From the NCBI GenBank assembly GCA_043803405.1, contig JAZDKB010000019.1, positions 320,001 to 384,000 of the forward strand: a stretch of 64,000 nt of DNA, read 5' to 3'. Both the position numbers and the translations under genes were made by a program. Numbering within the stretch: position 1 is the stretch's first letter; every line of letters begins with the position of its first letter. Shown piece after piece: positions 38,324-48,184 of this stretch. The notes beneath the pieces are model-generated. The model saw only the letters and a program-made list of their open reading frames with translations. It did no database searches and was not told the origin of the DNA. The stretch comes from Spirochaetota bacterium (lineage in GTDB: Bacteria > Spirochaetota > UBA4802 > JAFGDQ01).

Positions 38324-38554
38324 CCTTTTACCTCACAACTCAATCCTTACAAGTATTGTTAATAAATGATATAAGGTTGCTGTGCTTTATGTAATTTATA
38401 CGCAATGAGCCGAATTAAAATTTACATTAAACTTCACAATATTTATTATTTCTATATGAAAGCCGCACATCGCATTAATTATAATATATATATGAATAAT
38501 CGGCAGTCAAGTCCGTTTTTATGATGAAGTTTTAACCGGTCTCAAATTACCACA

Positions 38555-40255
38555 TTATTCTTCGGCCAGCCATGTTTTTAACAGCTGAGCCACTTCATCC
38601 GGCCTCTCTTTAGCCAGATTAACCGCGTTTTTCTGAAGTTCAAGCCTTGCTTTTTCTTCAAGCGAAAGTTCAACATCAACGCCTTCTTCTTCTGCGGCTC
38701 TTAAGGCAGCTTCACGCATTCTCTGCTGTTCAAGCGCCAGCCGTTCCTCTTTCATCCTTCTTCTTCTTGCAAGCTCTCTCGATATAAATCTGAATAAAAT
38801 TATGCCAAGCACAAGGGCAAATACCCCGATAAGGGCTGCAAGCAGCGTTTTCCGTATCCTTTCTTTTTTTATAAAATCTTCACGGACTTCCTGCCATTGT
38901 TTTGTCCTGTCAAACATGATATTCTCAACAGCGACCTGGTCTCCGCGCCCTTCATTGAAATTAATGGATTTTTTAACGATATTTTCAGCCTGTTTAAGCT
39001 CATCGCGTGAAAGAGCTGCCTGTACAGGGGGTTTCGTCGGATCAAGATCATATTCTCCGTCGGCGGTTCTCGGCATAGACTGGCTGCCATCTATCGCAAT
39101 TGCAACGGACAGACTTGTAATGTCATAGGGATCGCGCTGAATTTTTTTTAATGTTTTATTAACAGCGTAATTTCGTACGTTTTCCTGTTTGTCGTATTTC
39201 GAAAACTGGTCGTCGCTGGCCTTATAACCAGGAGGTGTATTGCTTTCCGTGCCGGCCGGGCCCTGTGGATTCCAGCCGTGTCCCTGGAAATTTTCCGATG
39301 TAGCTTTCTCCGAAATAACAAAGGAATCCTTAACCTTTCTTGTGGAATACGGCTTTGTCGGGTCGTTGGGTTCCATTTCAATCGGAGTATATTCTTCCTT
39401 ATCTTCCGAAACGACATCCCAGTTGAATGCCATGTTTAATCTTACAATCTGGATCCTGTCCGGAGTATAAATCCTTTCAAGCCCTGCTCTTATATCCTTT
39501 AAAAGCTGAACTCTCGCTTTCTCTTCGATTTTTCTTCTGCTTTCAACAAGAGAAAACTCGGCTTTTGCTTTATCAATGTCGTCATCAAATTCTGAAATAA
39601 TGTTTCCGAGTTCGTCCGTTACAGTAACATTTTCAGGTTTCAGTTTGCCTCCCACAGCTCTTGAAACCAGATACATAATACCTTTAATTTCTTTTTTGCT
39701 TAACTTATCGTATCCCGGGGCAAGATGGACGGTTACAGCGGCAGTATAAGGATTGTCTTTTTCGGTAAATAACTCGTCCTGGGTGATTGCGATCTCAACA
39801 TCTGCTTTATCGATATTTTTTAAGGATTCGATATGTTTTTTAATCTCGTCGCGGAGAGCCCTCATGTACTTTACGTCGATTTCCCTGTTCGTTTCAGTCC
39901 AGTTCGACAGATCGAATAGCTTCCAGCCGGGGATGCCTTTAGGAATCATGTTTTCCTGGGCAAGCCGTGTGAGCATTTGTTCCCTTTGATCGGGATGTAC
40001 AAAGATTGAGGTAGTTCCTGTTGTTTTATACCGGAATCCCAGTTCCTCCAGCTTTTTGGTTACCTGCCCGAAATCTTCTGATGGAAGTTCGGAAAAAAGA
40101 ACCACGTCGGCCTTTGTACCCGAGACTGAAAAAAGCACAATAAATGAGATACAAACAACAGCTAAAACAACTATTGAAATAATCTTTTTTGTTTTATCCA
40201 GCTTTAAAAAGATATCTTTTAGCTGATTGAACAGTTTCTTAATGAATTCTCCCAT
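38555..40255 (-). CDS. fliF: Flagellar MS-ring protein FliF
   Basis: Two TMs; GWKLFD...; PENVTVTD; RGDQVAVENIMF; PDEVAQLLKTWL. Confidence 0.93.
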   Translation of the reverse strand: MGEFIKKLFNQLKDIFLKLDKTKKIISIVVLAVVCISFIVLFSVSGTKADVVLFSELPSEDFGQVTKKLEELGFRYKTTGTTSIFVHPDQREQMLTRLAQENMIPKGIPGWKLFDLSNWTETNREIDVKYMRALRDEIKKHIESLKNIDKADVEIAITQDELFTEKDNPYTAAVTVHLAPGYDKLSKKEIKGIMYLVSRAVGGKLKPENVTVTDELGNIISEFDDDIDKAKAEFSLVESRRKIEEKARVQLLKDIRAGLERIYTPDRIQIVRLNMAFNWDVVSEDKEEYTPIEMEPNDPTKPYSTRKVKDSFVISEKATSENFQGHGWNPQGPAGTESNTPPGYKASDDQFSKYDKQENVRNYAVNKTLKKIQRDPYDITSLSVAIAIDGSQSMPRTADGEYDLDPTKPPVQAALSRDELKQAENIVKKSINFNEGRGDQVAVENIMFDRTKQWQEVREDFIKKERIRKTLLAALIGVFALVLGIILFRFISRELARRRRMKEERLALEQQRMREAALRAAEEEGVDVELSLEEKARLELQKNAVNLAKERPDEVAQLLKTWLAEE

Positions 40256-40406
40256 GAATTATCCCTCCCAATTCATGATATGCGACATAACACATAATTC
40301 ACACAATAAAAAAAATTTGTAAAGTAAAATTTTAGTTATATACAAAAAAAGCATTTTTGCACATTTTACCTGGGACATAAAATACTTAACGAAGATCATC
40401 CTGCTT

Positions 40407-40745
40407 TTACCTTAAATTCATTAATTCTCTGTACGATCTTATCGCTTCGTCTCTTACGGCTTTAGTGAAGTTTAAAGCGATTTCAGCCTTCTGAGCGGCT
40501 ATCATTACCGTGTGAATATCCACCGATTCCGGCTCGTGAATCATCTTCTGGTTCAGTTCATCCGAGTCACCGAGCAGATTATTTACTTTCCCTACAGCTT
40601 TCATTAATGCATCTGCGAAGGAGCCGGTTACATCATCAGCTGCACGCTCAAACTTTTGTTCTTCTTTTATTCCTGTATAATGAAGCGGATGGCTGGTTTT
40701 CATGTTAACAATAGTGCCTAAAGTTTTATCTGCGATTGTGTTCAT
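40407..40745 (-). CDS. fliE: Flagellar hook-basal body protein FliE
   Basis: SFADAL...VDIHTVMIAAQKAEIAL...VRDEAIRSYRELMN. Confidence 0.9.
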   Translation of the reverse strand: MNTIADKTLGTIVNMKTSHPLHYTGIKEEQKFERAADDVTGSFADALMKAVGKVNNLLGDSDELNQKMIHEPESVDIHTVMIAAQKAEIALNFTKAVRDEAIRSYRELMNLR

Positions 40746-40755
40746 TGTAATTCTC

Positions 40756-40899
40756 CTAAGCTGTTTTTAAATTTTGCAATACTGCGGGTTTTTGATACTG
40801 TCCTTCGCGCGGTTCCAGCCTTTCTTTTCTTATATTTATTCTGCCTGAAAGATCGTGGGAAAGGTTGATTTCTTTTTCGCCTATTATTTCTTTGTTCAT
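40756..40899 (-). CDS. 47-aa small ORF between flgC and fliE (not in the ORF track)
   Basis: AAGGAG-N7-ATG; translates to MNKEIIGEKEINLSHDLSGRINIRKERLEPREGQYQKPAVLQNLKTA*. The TAG stop overlaps the fliE RBS (TAGGAG). Confidence 0.55.
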   Translation of the reverse strand: MNKEIIGEKEINLSHDLSGRINIRKERLEPREGQYQKPAVLQNLKTA

Positions 40900-41025
40900 T
40901 TGTTTTCTCCTTAACTATGTATTGTCTTAAGATTTACCACAGAGATGCAGAGGTACAGAGTTTTAAAAGATAAAAAAATTGAAATTTTTCATATTCAATA
41001 TATTTTTAATATATACTGTTTGTTT

Positions 41026-41484
41026 TTATGCTCTGCCCAGTTCAAGCGCCTTGCCGAACATCGCTTTTGTGTTATTTATCATCATTACATTTGCTTCATA
41101 AGACCTTGAGGCAGATATTAAATCCACCATTTCGGTAACAACATCCACGTTCGGCATTTCAACATAGCCTTTTTTGTCCCCGATTTTAACGGCATCGGGA
41201 TGGGTCGGATCGTAAACAAGCCTGAAAGGCTTTTGGTCGTCTTCTATCTTTACGATTCGAACTCCCTGTCCGGTCCCGTGCTCAATTCTGCCGGGGACAA
41301 GAGGGGACTTGTAAAACGGTCTTACGTTTACAGGCGCAAATACAGCGCGCTTTCTTCTGTATGCTCCGCCTTCGGGTGTGCGGGTTGTTGTGGCGTTAGT
41401 GATGTTATTGCTTATCAGATCCATCCGGAGCCTCTGGGCTGTAAGCCCGGTTGATGCAACGTTCAGTTCAGTGAACATTCCCAT
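41026..41484 (-). CDS. flgC: Flagellar basal-body rod protein FlgC
   Basis: ASTGLTAQRLRMDLISNNITNA, YDPTHPDA and GYVEMPNVD..EMVDLISASRSYEAN. Confidence 0.97.
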   Translation of the reverse strand: MGMFTELNVASTGLTAQRLRMDLISNNITNATTTRTPEGGAYRRKRAVFAPVNVRPFYKSPLVPGRIEHGTGQGVRIVKIEDDQKPFRLVYDPTHPDAVKIGDKKGYVEMPNVDVVTEMVDLISASRSYEANVMMINNTKAMFGKALELGRA

Positions 41485-41495
41485 AATTTATCTCC

Positions 41496-41927
41496 TTATG
41501 GAGTCGGCCTCATGGCGTTCTTTAGATTTCTGTAATTATTGTTAAGAAGAGTAATATATGCGTTATATCTCATCTGGTTTTTCGCGGAATCGACAATTTC
41601 TTTTTCAATATCAACGTTATTTCCGTCATTTCTCATTGTTGTGTTATAATCAAGATTTATCCTGGGCTGTACGCTTTCAATTTCTCTGGGTGTATAGAAC
41701 GGAATATGTCTTTTTTCAGTTAACTTTGCCGGCAGTTTGTTATCCGGGTCCTGCGCTTCCATTATTGCTCTCCTTAGCTCGCTTTCGAAATTAACTTCGC
41801 TTCTTTTAAAGTGCGGTACGTCCACATTTGCGACGTTATTGGCTATCACTTTTCTGCGGATAGACTCTACATCCAGGGCTTTTTCCAGTAGAGTATTGAC
41901 CTGCATTGATTTGCTTGTATCGAACAT
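41496..41927 (-). CDS. flgB: Flagellar basal-body rod protein FlgB
   Basis: RRKVIANNVANVDVPHFK and RNDGNNVDIEKE. Start MFDTSK with an AGAAGGA RBS. Confidence 0.95.
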   Translation of the reverse strand: MFDTSKSMQVNTLLEKALDVESIRRKVIANNVANVDVPHFKRSEVNFESELRRAIMEAQDPDNKLPAKLTEKRHIPFYTPREIESVQPRINLDYNTTMRNDGNNVDIEKEIVDSAKNQMRYNAYITLLNNNYRNLKNAMRPTP

Positions 41928-42163
41928 GATTTTCCTTCTTATGACCGATATTTCAAGGCAGGGTGAATTAATACACTGCCTTGTTATATACATCGGAATA
42001 TTTAAAAAAAGCATAATAAATTTTTTTAATGAGACATAAATTTTTTTTTCAATATTTGAATGCTAAATCATTAAAATAGCCAGCCGGGTCTGGCATAAAT
42101 GTATTGAAAAATAAACGCCGTTTTTCATTATGTTATTGAGAATAATTATTTTACGAGGCCAAT

Positions 42164-43468
42164 ATGATTTTTAATAAAGAATACGAAACTATGCCGGAAA
42201 AGAAGATGAAAGAGCTTCAGCTTGAACGGCTTAAGTGGTCAATTAATCACGCATATAACAATAATTCATTTTTTAAAAAAAAGTATGATGAAGCCGGTTT
42301 TAATCCTGCTCAGCTTAAATCCCTTGAAGATGTAAAAAGAATACCTTTTTTAACAAAAGACGACATGAGGAATAATTATCCTTTCGGGCTATTTGCTGTT
42401 CCTCTGGACAAGGTCGTCAGGGTGCATGCGTCGTCGGGAACAACCGGTAAACCAACGGTAGTAGGGTACACAAAAAACGATATAGAAGTATTTTCCGAAG
42501 TAATGGCAAGAGGGCTGGCATGCTGCGGCGCAACGGAAAAGGATATTATACAGGTTGCATTTGGTTACGGGCTGTTTACAGGCGGGCTGGGCTATCATTA
42601 CGGCGCAGAAAGGCTTGGCGCCATGGTAGTACCCACTTCGAGCGGGAATTCCGAGAGACAGCTGACTTTAATTCAGGATTTCGGCACTACTATGATCGCC
42701 TGTACACCGTCGTATATTTTAAATGTTGCTGATCATATAGAAAGAAAGAGGCCGGATTACAATATAAGAGCTACAAAGCTAAGACGCGGAGTATTCGGCG
42801 CAGAGCCGTGGTCTGAGGGCATGAGAAAAGAAATTGAATCGCGGCTCGGCATTGAGGCTTTCGATCTGTACGGGCTTAGCGAGATTATCGGGCCTGGAGT
42901 ATCTTCCGAATGTTCACATAAACCCGGCATGCATGTTTTTGAGGATCATTTTTATCCTGAGGTCATTGATCCGGAAACAGGCGAAGTTTTGCCGGAGGGA
43001 GAGAAGGGCGAGATAGTTTTTACGACCCTCACTAAAGAAGCCTTTCCCGGCATTCGTTACAGGACAAGGGATATTTCGCGGCTATACAGGGAAAGCTGCG
43101 AATGCGGCCGCACATATATCAAAATGGAAAAAGTTACAGGCAGAAGCGATGATATGCTTATCATAAAAGGAGTTAACCTGTTCCCGTCGCAGATTGAATC
43201 CGTGCTCATGGAGATTGAGGGCACAGAGCCGCATTATCAGATCATTGTGGACAGGAAAGGCGCGCTTGACGAAATTGAGGTTATGGTTGAAGTAGACGAA
43301 AAGCTTTTCTCGGACGAAGTAAAGGTGCTGGATAGCCTGAAGAAAAGGATCAAGGAGAAGTTTAAAAGCGCTCTGAGCATATCGGCAACTATTAATCTGG
43401 TTGAGCCTATGACTATTCCCAGAAGCGAAGGAAAGGCAGTTCGCGTTATTGATAAACGAAAGATATAA
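42164..43468 (+). CDS. paaK: Phenylacetate-CoA ligase family protein
   Basis: [39 protein letters not shown] and [13 protein letters not shown]. Confidence 0.93.
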   Translation: MIFNKEYETMPEKKMKELQLERLKWSINHAYNNNSFFKKKYDEAGFNPAQLKSLEDVKRIPFLTKDDMRNNYPFGLFAVPLDKVVRVHASSGTTGKPTVVGYTKNDIEVFSEVMARGLACCGATEKDIIQVAFGYGLFTGGLGYHYGAERLGAMVVPTSSGNSERQLTLIQDFGTTMIACTPSYILNVADHIERKRPDYNIRATKLRRGVFGAEPWSEGMRKEIESRLGIEAFDLYGLSEIIGPGVSSECSHKPGMHVFEDHFYPEVIDPETGEVLPEGEKGEIVFTTLTKEAFPGIRYRTRDISRLYRESCECGRTYIKMEKVTGRSDDMLIIKGVNLFPSQIESVLMEIEGTEPHYQIIVDRKGALDEIEVMVEVDEKLFSDEVKVLDSLKKRIKEKFKSALSISATINLVEPMTIPRSEGKAVRVIDKRKI

Positions 43469-43486
43469 CTTTAAGGGAGGAAAATT

Positions 43487-43918
43487 ATGATAGTTAAGCA
43501 AATTTCAGTTTTTATGGAAAATAAACCCGGGCACCTGGAGAATATTCTTAAAGTGCTGGCTGATAACGATATAAACGTTCTTACTGTTACGGTAGCGGAT
43601 ATGTCCAACTTCGGAATACTGAGGCTGATTGTAAATGATCTGGAAAAGGCAAAGAGCGTTTTTAAAAAAGCAAATATTACCTGTTCCGTGACCGATCTTT
43701 TGGCAGTTGAACTGAGCGATAAGCCTGGCGCTCTTTGCAAAGCGATTCAGGCTTTTACAAAGCATAGCCTGAATATTGAATATATATACACATTTGGAAG
43801 AAAAAGCGAGGATAACGGCGTAATGTTATTCAGGTTTGAAGATATTGAGGCTGCCAAGAAGGCTATTTCTGCCGAAGGGTACAAAATAATTAAAACGATA
43901 GAAATTTACGGGAAATAA
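43487..43918 (+). CDS. ACT-domain protein (paaK-associated)
   Basis: KQISVFMENKPGHL...FGILRLIV...DKPGAL...NIEYIY. Confidence 0.9.
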   Translation: MIVKQISVFMENKPGHLENILKVLADNDINVLTVTVADMSNFGILRLIVNDLEKAKSVFKKANITCSVTDLLAVELSDKPGALCKAIQAFTKHSLNIEYIYTFGRKSEDNGVMLFRFEDIEAAKKAISAEGYKIIKTIEIYGK

Positions 43919-43921
43919 ATA

Positions 43922-45481
43922 ATGGAAAAGAAAGTTTTACTTGGAAATGAAGCGATCGCACGCGGAGCTTACGAAGCAGGATGCCATGTCGCAACCGCGT
44001 ATCCGGGAACACCGAGCACGGAGATACTTGAAACGATTGCGCGCGATTACAGGGAGATAAAAGCGCAATGGTCGCCTAATGAAAAGGTAGCCATCGAAGT
44101 AGCAGCGGGCGCGTCTATGGCAGGCGCGCGTGTGCTATCTGCTATGAAGCATGTAGGATTCAATGTCGCGGCCGATCCGATATTCACGTTTTCGTATACC
44201 GGAGTAACCGGGGGGTTCGTTATCATCAATGCCGATGATCCCGGTATATGGAGTTCGCAGAATGAGCAGGATAACCGCCATTACGCGCGCGCTGCCAAGC
44301 TGCCCATGCTGGAACCGTCCAGCCCCCAGGAGGCGAAGGATTTTACAAAGCTCGCTTTCGATATTTCGGAACAATTCGACAGGCAGGTTATTATTCGAAT
44401 TACCACGCGTGTTGCGCATTCGCAGGGCATTGTTGAAATTGCAGACAGAAAGGATGTTAAGCTGAAAGATTATGTGAGAGATCCTTTAAAATATGTAATG
44501 CTCCCTGCATACGCGAGAACAAGGCATGCGTTTCTTGAAGAACAGCTGATAAAACTTAAGGACTATTCCAATAAATCGGGTTTAAACCGCATTGAATGGG
44601 CAAATAAAAAGAGGGGCATAATAACGGACAGCATCGCGTATCAGTATGTTAAAGAGACATGTCCGGATGATTCGGTTCTGAAGATCGGCATGGTTTGGCC
44701 TCTGCCGGATGATATGATACATGAGTTTGCCAGAGGAGTTGAAGAATTATATATAGTAGAAGAACTCGATCCGTTTATCGAGGATTATGTAAGAGCTTTG
44801 GGTTACAAACCCAAAGGAAAGGAAATAATTCCTATTTGCGGCGAGCTGACCCCGGATATTGTCGACAAAGCCCTGAACGGAAAGATTAGTCCGCGTAGAT
44901 CGCAGGAGTACTCGACAAGTCCTTTGCCACCAAGGCCGCCTATGCTTTGCAAGGGGTGCCCGCACGGTTATGTTTTTCAGGTGCTCAAAAAGCTCGACCT
45001 TACCGTGAATGGCGATATAGGCTGCTACAGCCTGGGCACGCTTCCGCCGTATTCCGCTATGCATACAGAGGGCTGCATGGGCGCGAGCATTGGAGTGCAC
45101 CTGGGATTTGAAAAAGCGCGCGGCCGCGATATGGCTAAAAAGTGCGTTGCGGTTATAGGGGATTCTACTTTTGTGCATTCGGGTATTACGCCGCTTATAG
45201 ATCTGGTTTACAATAAAGGCACCGGCACAGTAATAATTCTGGATAACCGGAGCACTGCCATGACCGGGCATCAGGATCATCCTGCTACAGGGAAGACGCT
45301 GATGGGCGAGGATACTCACGAGCTCGACCTGGCGCTCCTTGTAAAGGCTGTCGGAGTAAAGCGGGTCGTTGTCGCTGATCCAAAAGATATAGAGAACTTT
45401 GAGAGGATCGTTAAAGAAGAAGTTGAAGCTCCTGAGCCATCTGTAATTATCTCCAATAGAAAGTGCATTTTAAAGAGGTAG
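43922..45481 (+). CDS. iorA: Indolepyruvate:ferredoxin oxidoreductase alpha subunit (short form)
   Basis: LLGNEAIARGA, AYPGTPSTE, NEKVA, MKHVG, SSQNEQD, CKGCPH, DIGCY and GDSTFVHSG...MTGHQ. Confidence 0.93.
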   Translation: MEKKVLLGNEAIARGAYEAGCHVATAYPGTPSTEILETIARDYREIKAQWSPNEKVAIEVAAGASMAGARVLSAMKHVGFNVAADPIFTFSYTGVTGGFVIINADDPGIWSSQNEQDNRHYARAAKLPMLEPSSPQEAKDFTKLAFDISEQFDRQVIIRITTRVAHSQGIVEIADRKDVKLKDYVRDPLKYVMLPAYARTRHAFLEEQLIKLKDYSNKSGLNRIEWANKKRGIITDSIAYQYVKETCPDDSVLKIGMVWPLPDDMIHEFARGVEELYIVEELDPFIEDYVRALGYKPKGKEIIPICGELTPDIVDKALNGKISPRRSQEYSTSPLPPRPPMLCKGCPHGYVFQVLKKLDLTVNGDIGCYSLGTLPPYSAMHTEGCMGASIGVHLGFEKARGRDMAKKCVAVIGDSTFVHSGITPLIDLVYNKGTGTVIILDNRSTAMTGHQDHPATGKTLMGEDTHELDLALLVKAVGVKRVVVADPKDIENFERIVKEEVEAPEPSVIISNRKCILKR

Positions 45482-45483
45482 AC

Positions 45484-46068
45484 ATGATAAAGAACGTGAT
45501 TTTTGCAGGAGTAGGGGGCCAGGGCGTTATACTTGCAAGCAAGCTGTTAATGGAAACCGCGATGAATGCGGGCTTTGACGTAAAGGAATCGGAAGTGCAC
45601 GGGATGGCGCAGCGCGGCGGCAGCGTGGACTGTCATGTCCGTTTTGGTGATAAAGTATATTCCCCACTTATACCGTTCGGCAAGGCAGATTTTGTTGTAG
45701 GCCTTGAGCTTCTCGAGTCTATGCGCAAGCTCGATTATCTCGCGCGTGACGGTAAAATGATAGTCAACCGTGAGCGGATCGATCCTGCACCTGTTCAGCT
45801 CGGCGCAATGAAATATCCTGAGGATATTGAAGCGTGGATATTAAAGAATGCGGCAGGGAGCATGGTTGTCGATACGGCAGGCGCGCTTAAAGAAGTCGGT
45901 TCTTCAAGGGCGCTTAATATTGTAATGCTCGGCGTGCTTTCGCGTTTTCTGGATTTTGAATACGGGCGCTGGGAGGCATCCTTAAAAGCTCTTGTGAAAA
46001 AAAACTCTCTTGAGATGAATATCAGGGCTTTTAATATAGGCAGGGAACTTGCAGGAAATTTAAAATAA
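45484..46068 (+). CDS. iorB: Indolepyruvate oxidoreductase beta subunit
   Basis: GVGGQGVILAS, SEVHGMAQRGGSV and NIVMLG. Confidence 0.93.
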   Translation: MIKNVIFAGVGGQGVILASKLLMETAMNAGFDVKESEVHGMAQRGGSVDCHVRFGDKVYSPLIPFGKADFVVGLELLESMRKLDYLARDGKMIVNRERIDPAPVQLGAMKYPEDIEAWILKNAAGSMVVDTAGALKEVGSSRALNIVMLGVLSRFLDFEYGRWEASLKALVKKNSLEMNIRAFNIGRELAGNLK

Positions 46069-46082
46069 GATAAGTAAAATAA

Positions 46083-46484
46083 TTATCCTTTTTTGCTCCA
46101 GTTCTCAATTACTAAACCTTCGATTCGCTCGAAATGTTTTTCGTTGTTTGTCACTAAAATTAAATTGTGAGCAAGGGCTGTTGATGCGAGTATTAGATCG
46201 AAATCATCCAGTGACTTTCCTGATTTTTCCTGTTTTGATTTTAAAATTCCGAAGATTTCAGCTGTTTCAATACCGATAGGTATTTTTTCGATGTTGTTAT
46301 CAATAGTTTTTATTTTTGCCAGATTACTTTCAATTCTCTGCGATTTGTATGCTCCATAATATAGTTCCATTAATGTAACAATGCTGATCTTAATAGGATC
46401 GTTAATATGTATTTGCAGATTTTCAACGACTGTTTTGTTTCCTTTCAAGCTATAAATGATGATATCGGAATCGAGCAGATACAT
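46083..46484 (-). CDS. vapC: VapC/FitB-type PIN-domain toxin
   Basis: YLLDSD, ELYYGA, DFDLILASTAL and LVTNNEKHFERIEGL.IENW. Confidence 0.92.
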   Translation of the reverse strand: MYLLDSDIIIYSLKGNKTVVENLQIHINDPIKISIVTLMELYYGAYKSQRIESNLAKIKTIDNNIEKIPIGIETAEIFGILKSKQEKSGKSLDDFDLILASTALAHNLILVTNNEKHFERIEGLVIENWSKKG

Positions 46485-46756
46485 TAGAAACCTTTATTAA
46501 ATTTTTTTGAATTTATTCTGGTTTTTTTAATTTCATTAATAATAGCATCTGCTTTTCTTGTATCATTCCATGAGCCGGATAATTCAAGTAATGTTTGCGC
46601 GGGACTTTTTGTCTTTTCTAATTGTTTTTCTTTTGACAGATATGCTTTTATTAAAAATAAAACCTGTTGACTAACTGATCTGTTTTCAGAGGCAGCCATT
46701 TTTTTTATTTTTGAATAGAATTTGTCTTCAATACCCTTGATTTGTAAATTAGCCAC
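46484..46756 (-). CDS. FitA-like ribbon-helix-helix antitoxin
   Basis: GTG start with AGGAG RBS; MANLQIKGIED...AASENRSVSQQV; the stop overlaps the toxin start. Confidence 0.8.
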   Translation of the reverse strand: MANLQIKGIEDKFYSKIKKMAASENRSVSQQVLFLIKAYLSKEKQLEKTKSPAQTLLELSGSWNDTRKADAIINEIKKTRINSKKFNKGF

Positions 46757-46784
46757 TATTGTATGCTCCTTTTTTATCTTCATG

Positions 46785-46813
46785 AAAATGTAAGCATTTA
46801 GCATGAAAATAGC
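46785..46813 (-). promoter_or_regulatory. Putative sigma70 promoter/operator of the TA pair
   Basis: The minus strand reads TTGCTA-N17-TACATT with three TGCT repeats overlapping it, which resemble FitA half-sites. Confidence 0.4.
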
Positions 46814-46837
46814 AATCAATTTTTTTGTATTTTTCTT

Positions 46838-48106
46838 TTATTGTTTTATCAGCTCTCTTCTGAGCATTTCCATAGCCATCATTGAAAACCAGCGCTTGTT
46901 CATTTGCCTGCGCCCGTATGATGCGCTGAGCCTGCTGTAAGGCGAGACCCAATGCTTTGCGGCTGTACCTTGCGGTGTCGCCAGCCCGACGCAAATTGTG
47001 CCTACAGGCTTTTCGGCAGTGCCCCCGTCCGGGCCAGCAATCCCGCTTGTTGCCAGCCCGTAGGTCGCGCCTGTTATACGACGTGCAGCATCTGCCATTT
47101 CGCGCACTGTTTCCTCGCTTACTGCCCCGAAGCGGTTTATTGTATCAGGATTAACGCCCAGAACGCGTATCTTTGCTTCGTTCGAATAGGTCACGCCCGA
47201 GAAAAGAAAGTAGCCCGAACTTCCGGGAACGCTGGTAATTAAATCCGATATCATACCGCCTGTGCAGCTTTCGGCTATTGCAAGGGTTGCGGCCCTGCTT
47301 TGAAGCAGGCTGCCGAGCATTTGTTCCATAGTGGTTCCATCATAAGAAATAATATTAGGGCCTATTTGATCTTTAACCCATTCAGTGGCTCGGGCTAAAA
47401 TTTCTTCCATTTTTTCTTTGTTGTCGCCGCGAATATAAAGCTTTACAAGTGTTTCAGGGAAGGTGGCTCTAAGCCCAAGTTTAATCTCTTTGAATTTATC
47501 CATAACAGCCGCTACCTTTTCGCCTACGACCGATTCTCCAAGTCCGATTGTGGAAATTGTTTTTACAATGCTGTGCTGATGCTTGTCTCCCTGAAGCTGT
47601 ATTATGGACGGAATCACATGGTCTGTGAGCATCTTTTTCATTTCAAACGGGACGCCCGGCATAAAATAAAAATTGCAGCGTTCTATTTTTATTGAGAACC
47701 CGGGAGCTGTGCCTACAGGGTTTGTAAAAATAGTTGAACCTTCAGGAAAATAGGCCTGCTTCTCATTTGATTTAGTCATTGGGCGCTGGAACTTTTTAAA
47801 AATCGCGCGTATGTTTTCGAGCGATTCCTCGTGAAGCAAAAGTTTTACTCCGGCAACCTTGGCGGCTGCTTCCGAAGAAAGATCGTCAGTTGTGGGCCCA
47901 AGTCCGCCGGTCACAAGAGCAATGTCCGCCCGCACGCTGATCTCGCGCAGAATGTCCGTCAAAACCGGCATATCATCGCCGCATGAATGGTGCCTCACTA
48001 CCTCGATACCTATTTCCTCAAGCTTATCTGCTATATATGCCGTGTTGCTGTCAACCAGGGCGCCCGAGCGGATCTCATCGCCTGTCGAGAGTAGTTCTGC
48101 TTTCAT
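46838..48106 (-). CDS. cinA: CinA (MoCF-like domain fused to PncC NMN deamidase)
   Basis: TGDEI..G..VDSN, TGGLGPTTDD, NPVGTAPG, PGVPFEM; AESCTGG, YSNEAK, GAVS and SGIAGPDGG. Confidence 0.93.
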   Translation of the reverse strand: MKAELLSTGDEIRSGALVDSNTAYIADKLEEIGIEVVRHHSCGDDMPVLTDILREISVRADIALVTGGLGPTTDDLSSEAAAKVAGVKLLLHEESLENIRAIFKKFQRPMTKSNEKQAYFPEGSTIFTNPVGTAPGFSIKIERCNFYFMPGVPFEMKKMLTDHVIPSIIQLQGDKHQHSIVKTISTIGLGESVVGEKVAAVMDKFKEIKLGLRATFPETLVKLYIRGDNKEKMEEILARATEWVKDQIGPNIISYDGTTMEQMLGSLLQSRAATLAIAESCTGGMISDLITSVPGSSGYFLFSGVTYSNEAKIRVLGVNPDTINRFGAVSEETVREMADAARRITGATYGLATSGIAGPDGGTAEKPVGTICVGLATPQGTAAKHWVSPYSRLSASYGRRQMNKRWFSMMAMEMLRRELIKQ

Positions 48107-48184
48107 ATCCATATCCTGCAATTTTCTTTAAAATATTTTTGTAATAAAACTGCTATGTTTACAAAAATGGTAATTTAAAATATT

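Noticed and set aside
41960..42030. Sigma28 promoter for flgB
   Set aside because: Only a partial -10 (TCCGATGT) with no properly spaced TAAA -35.
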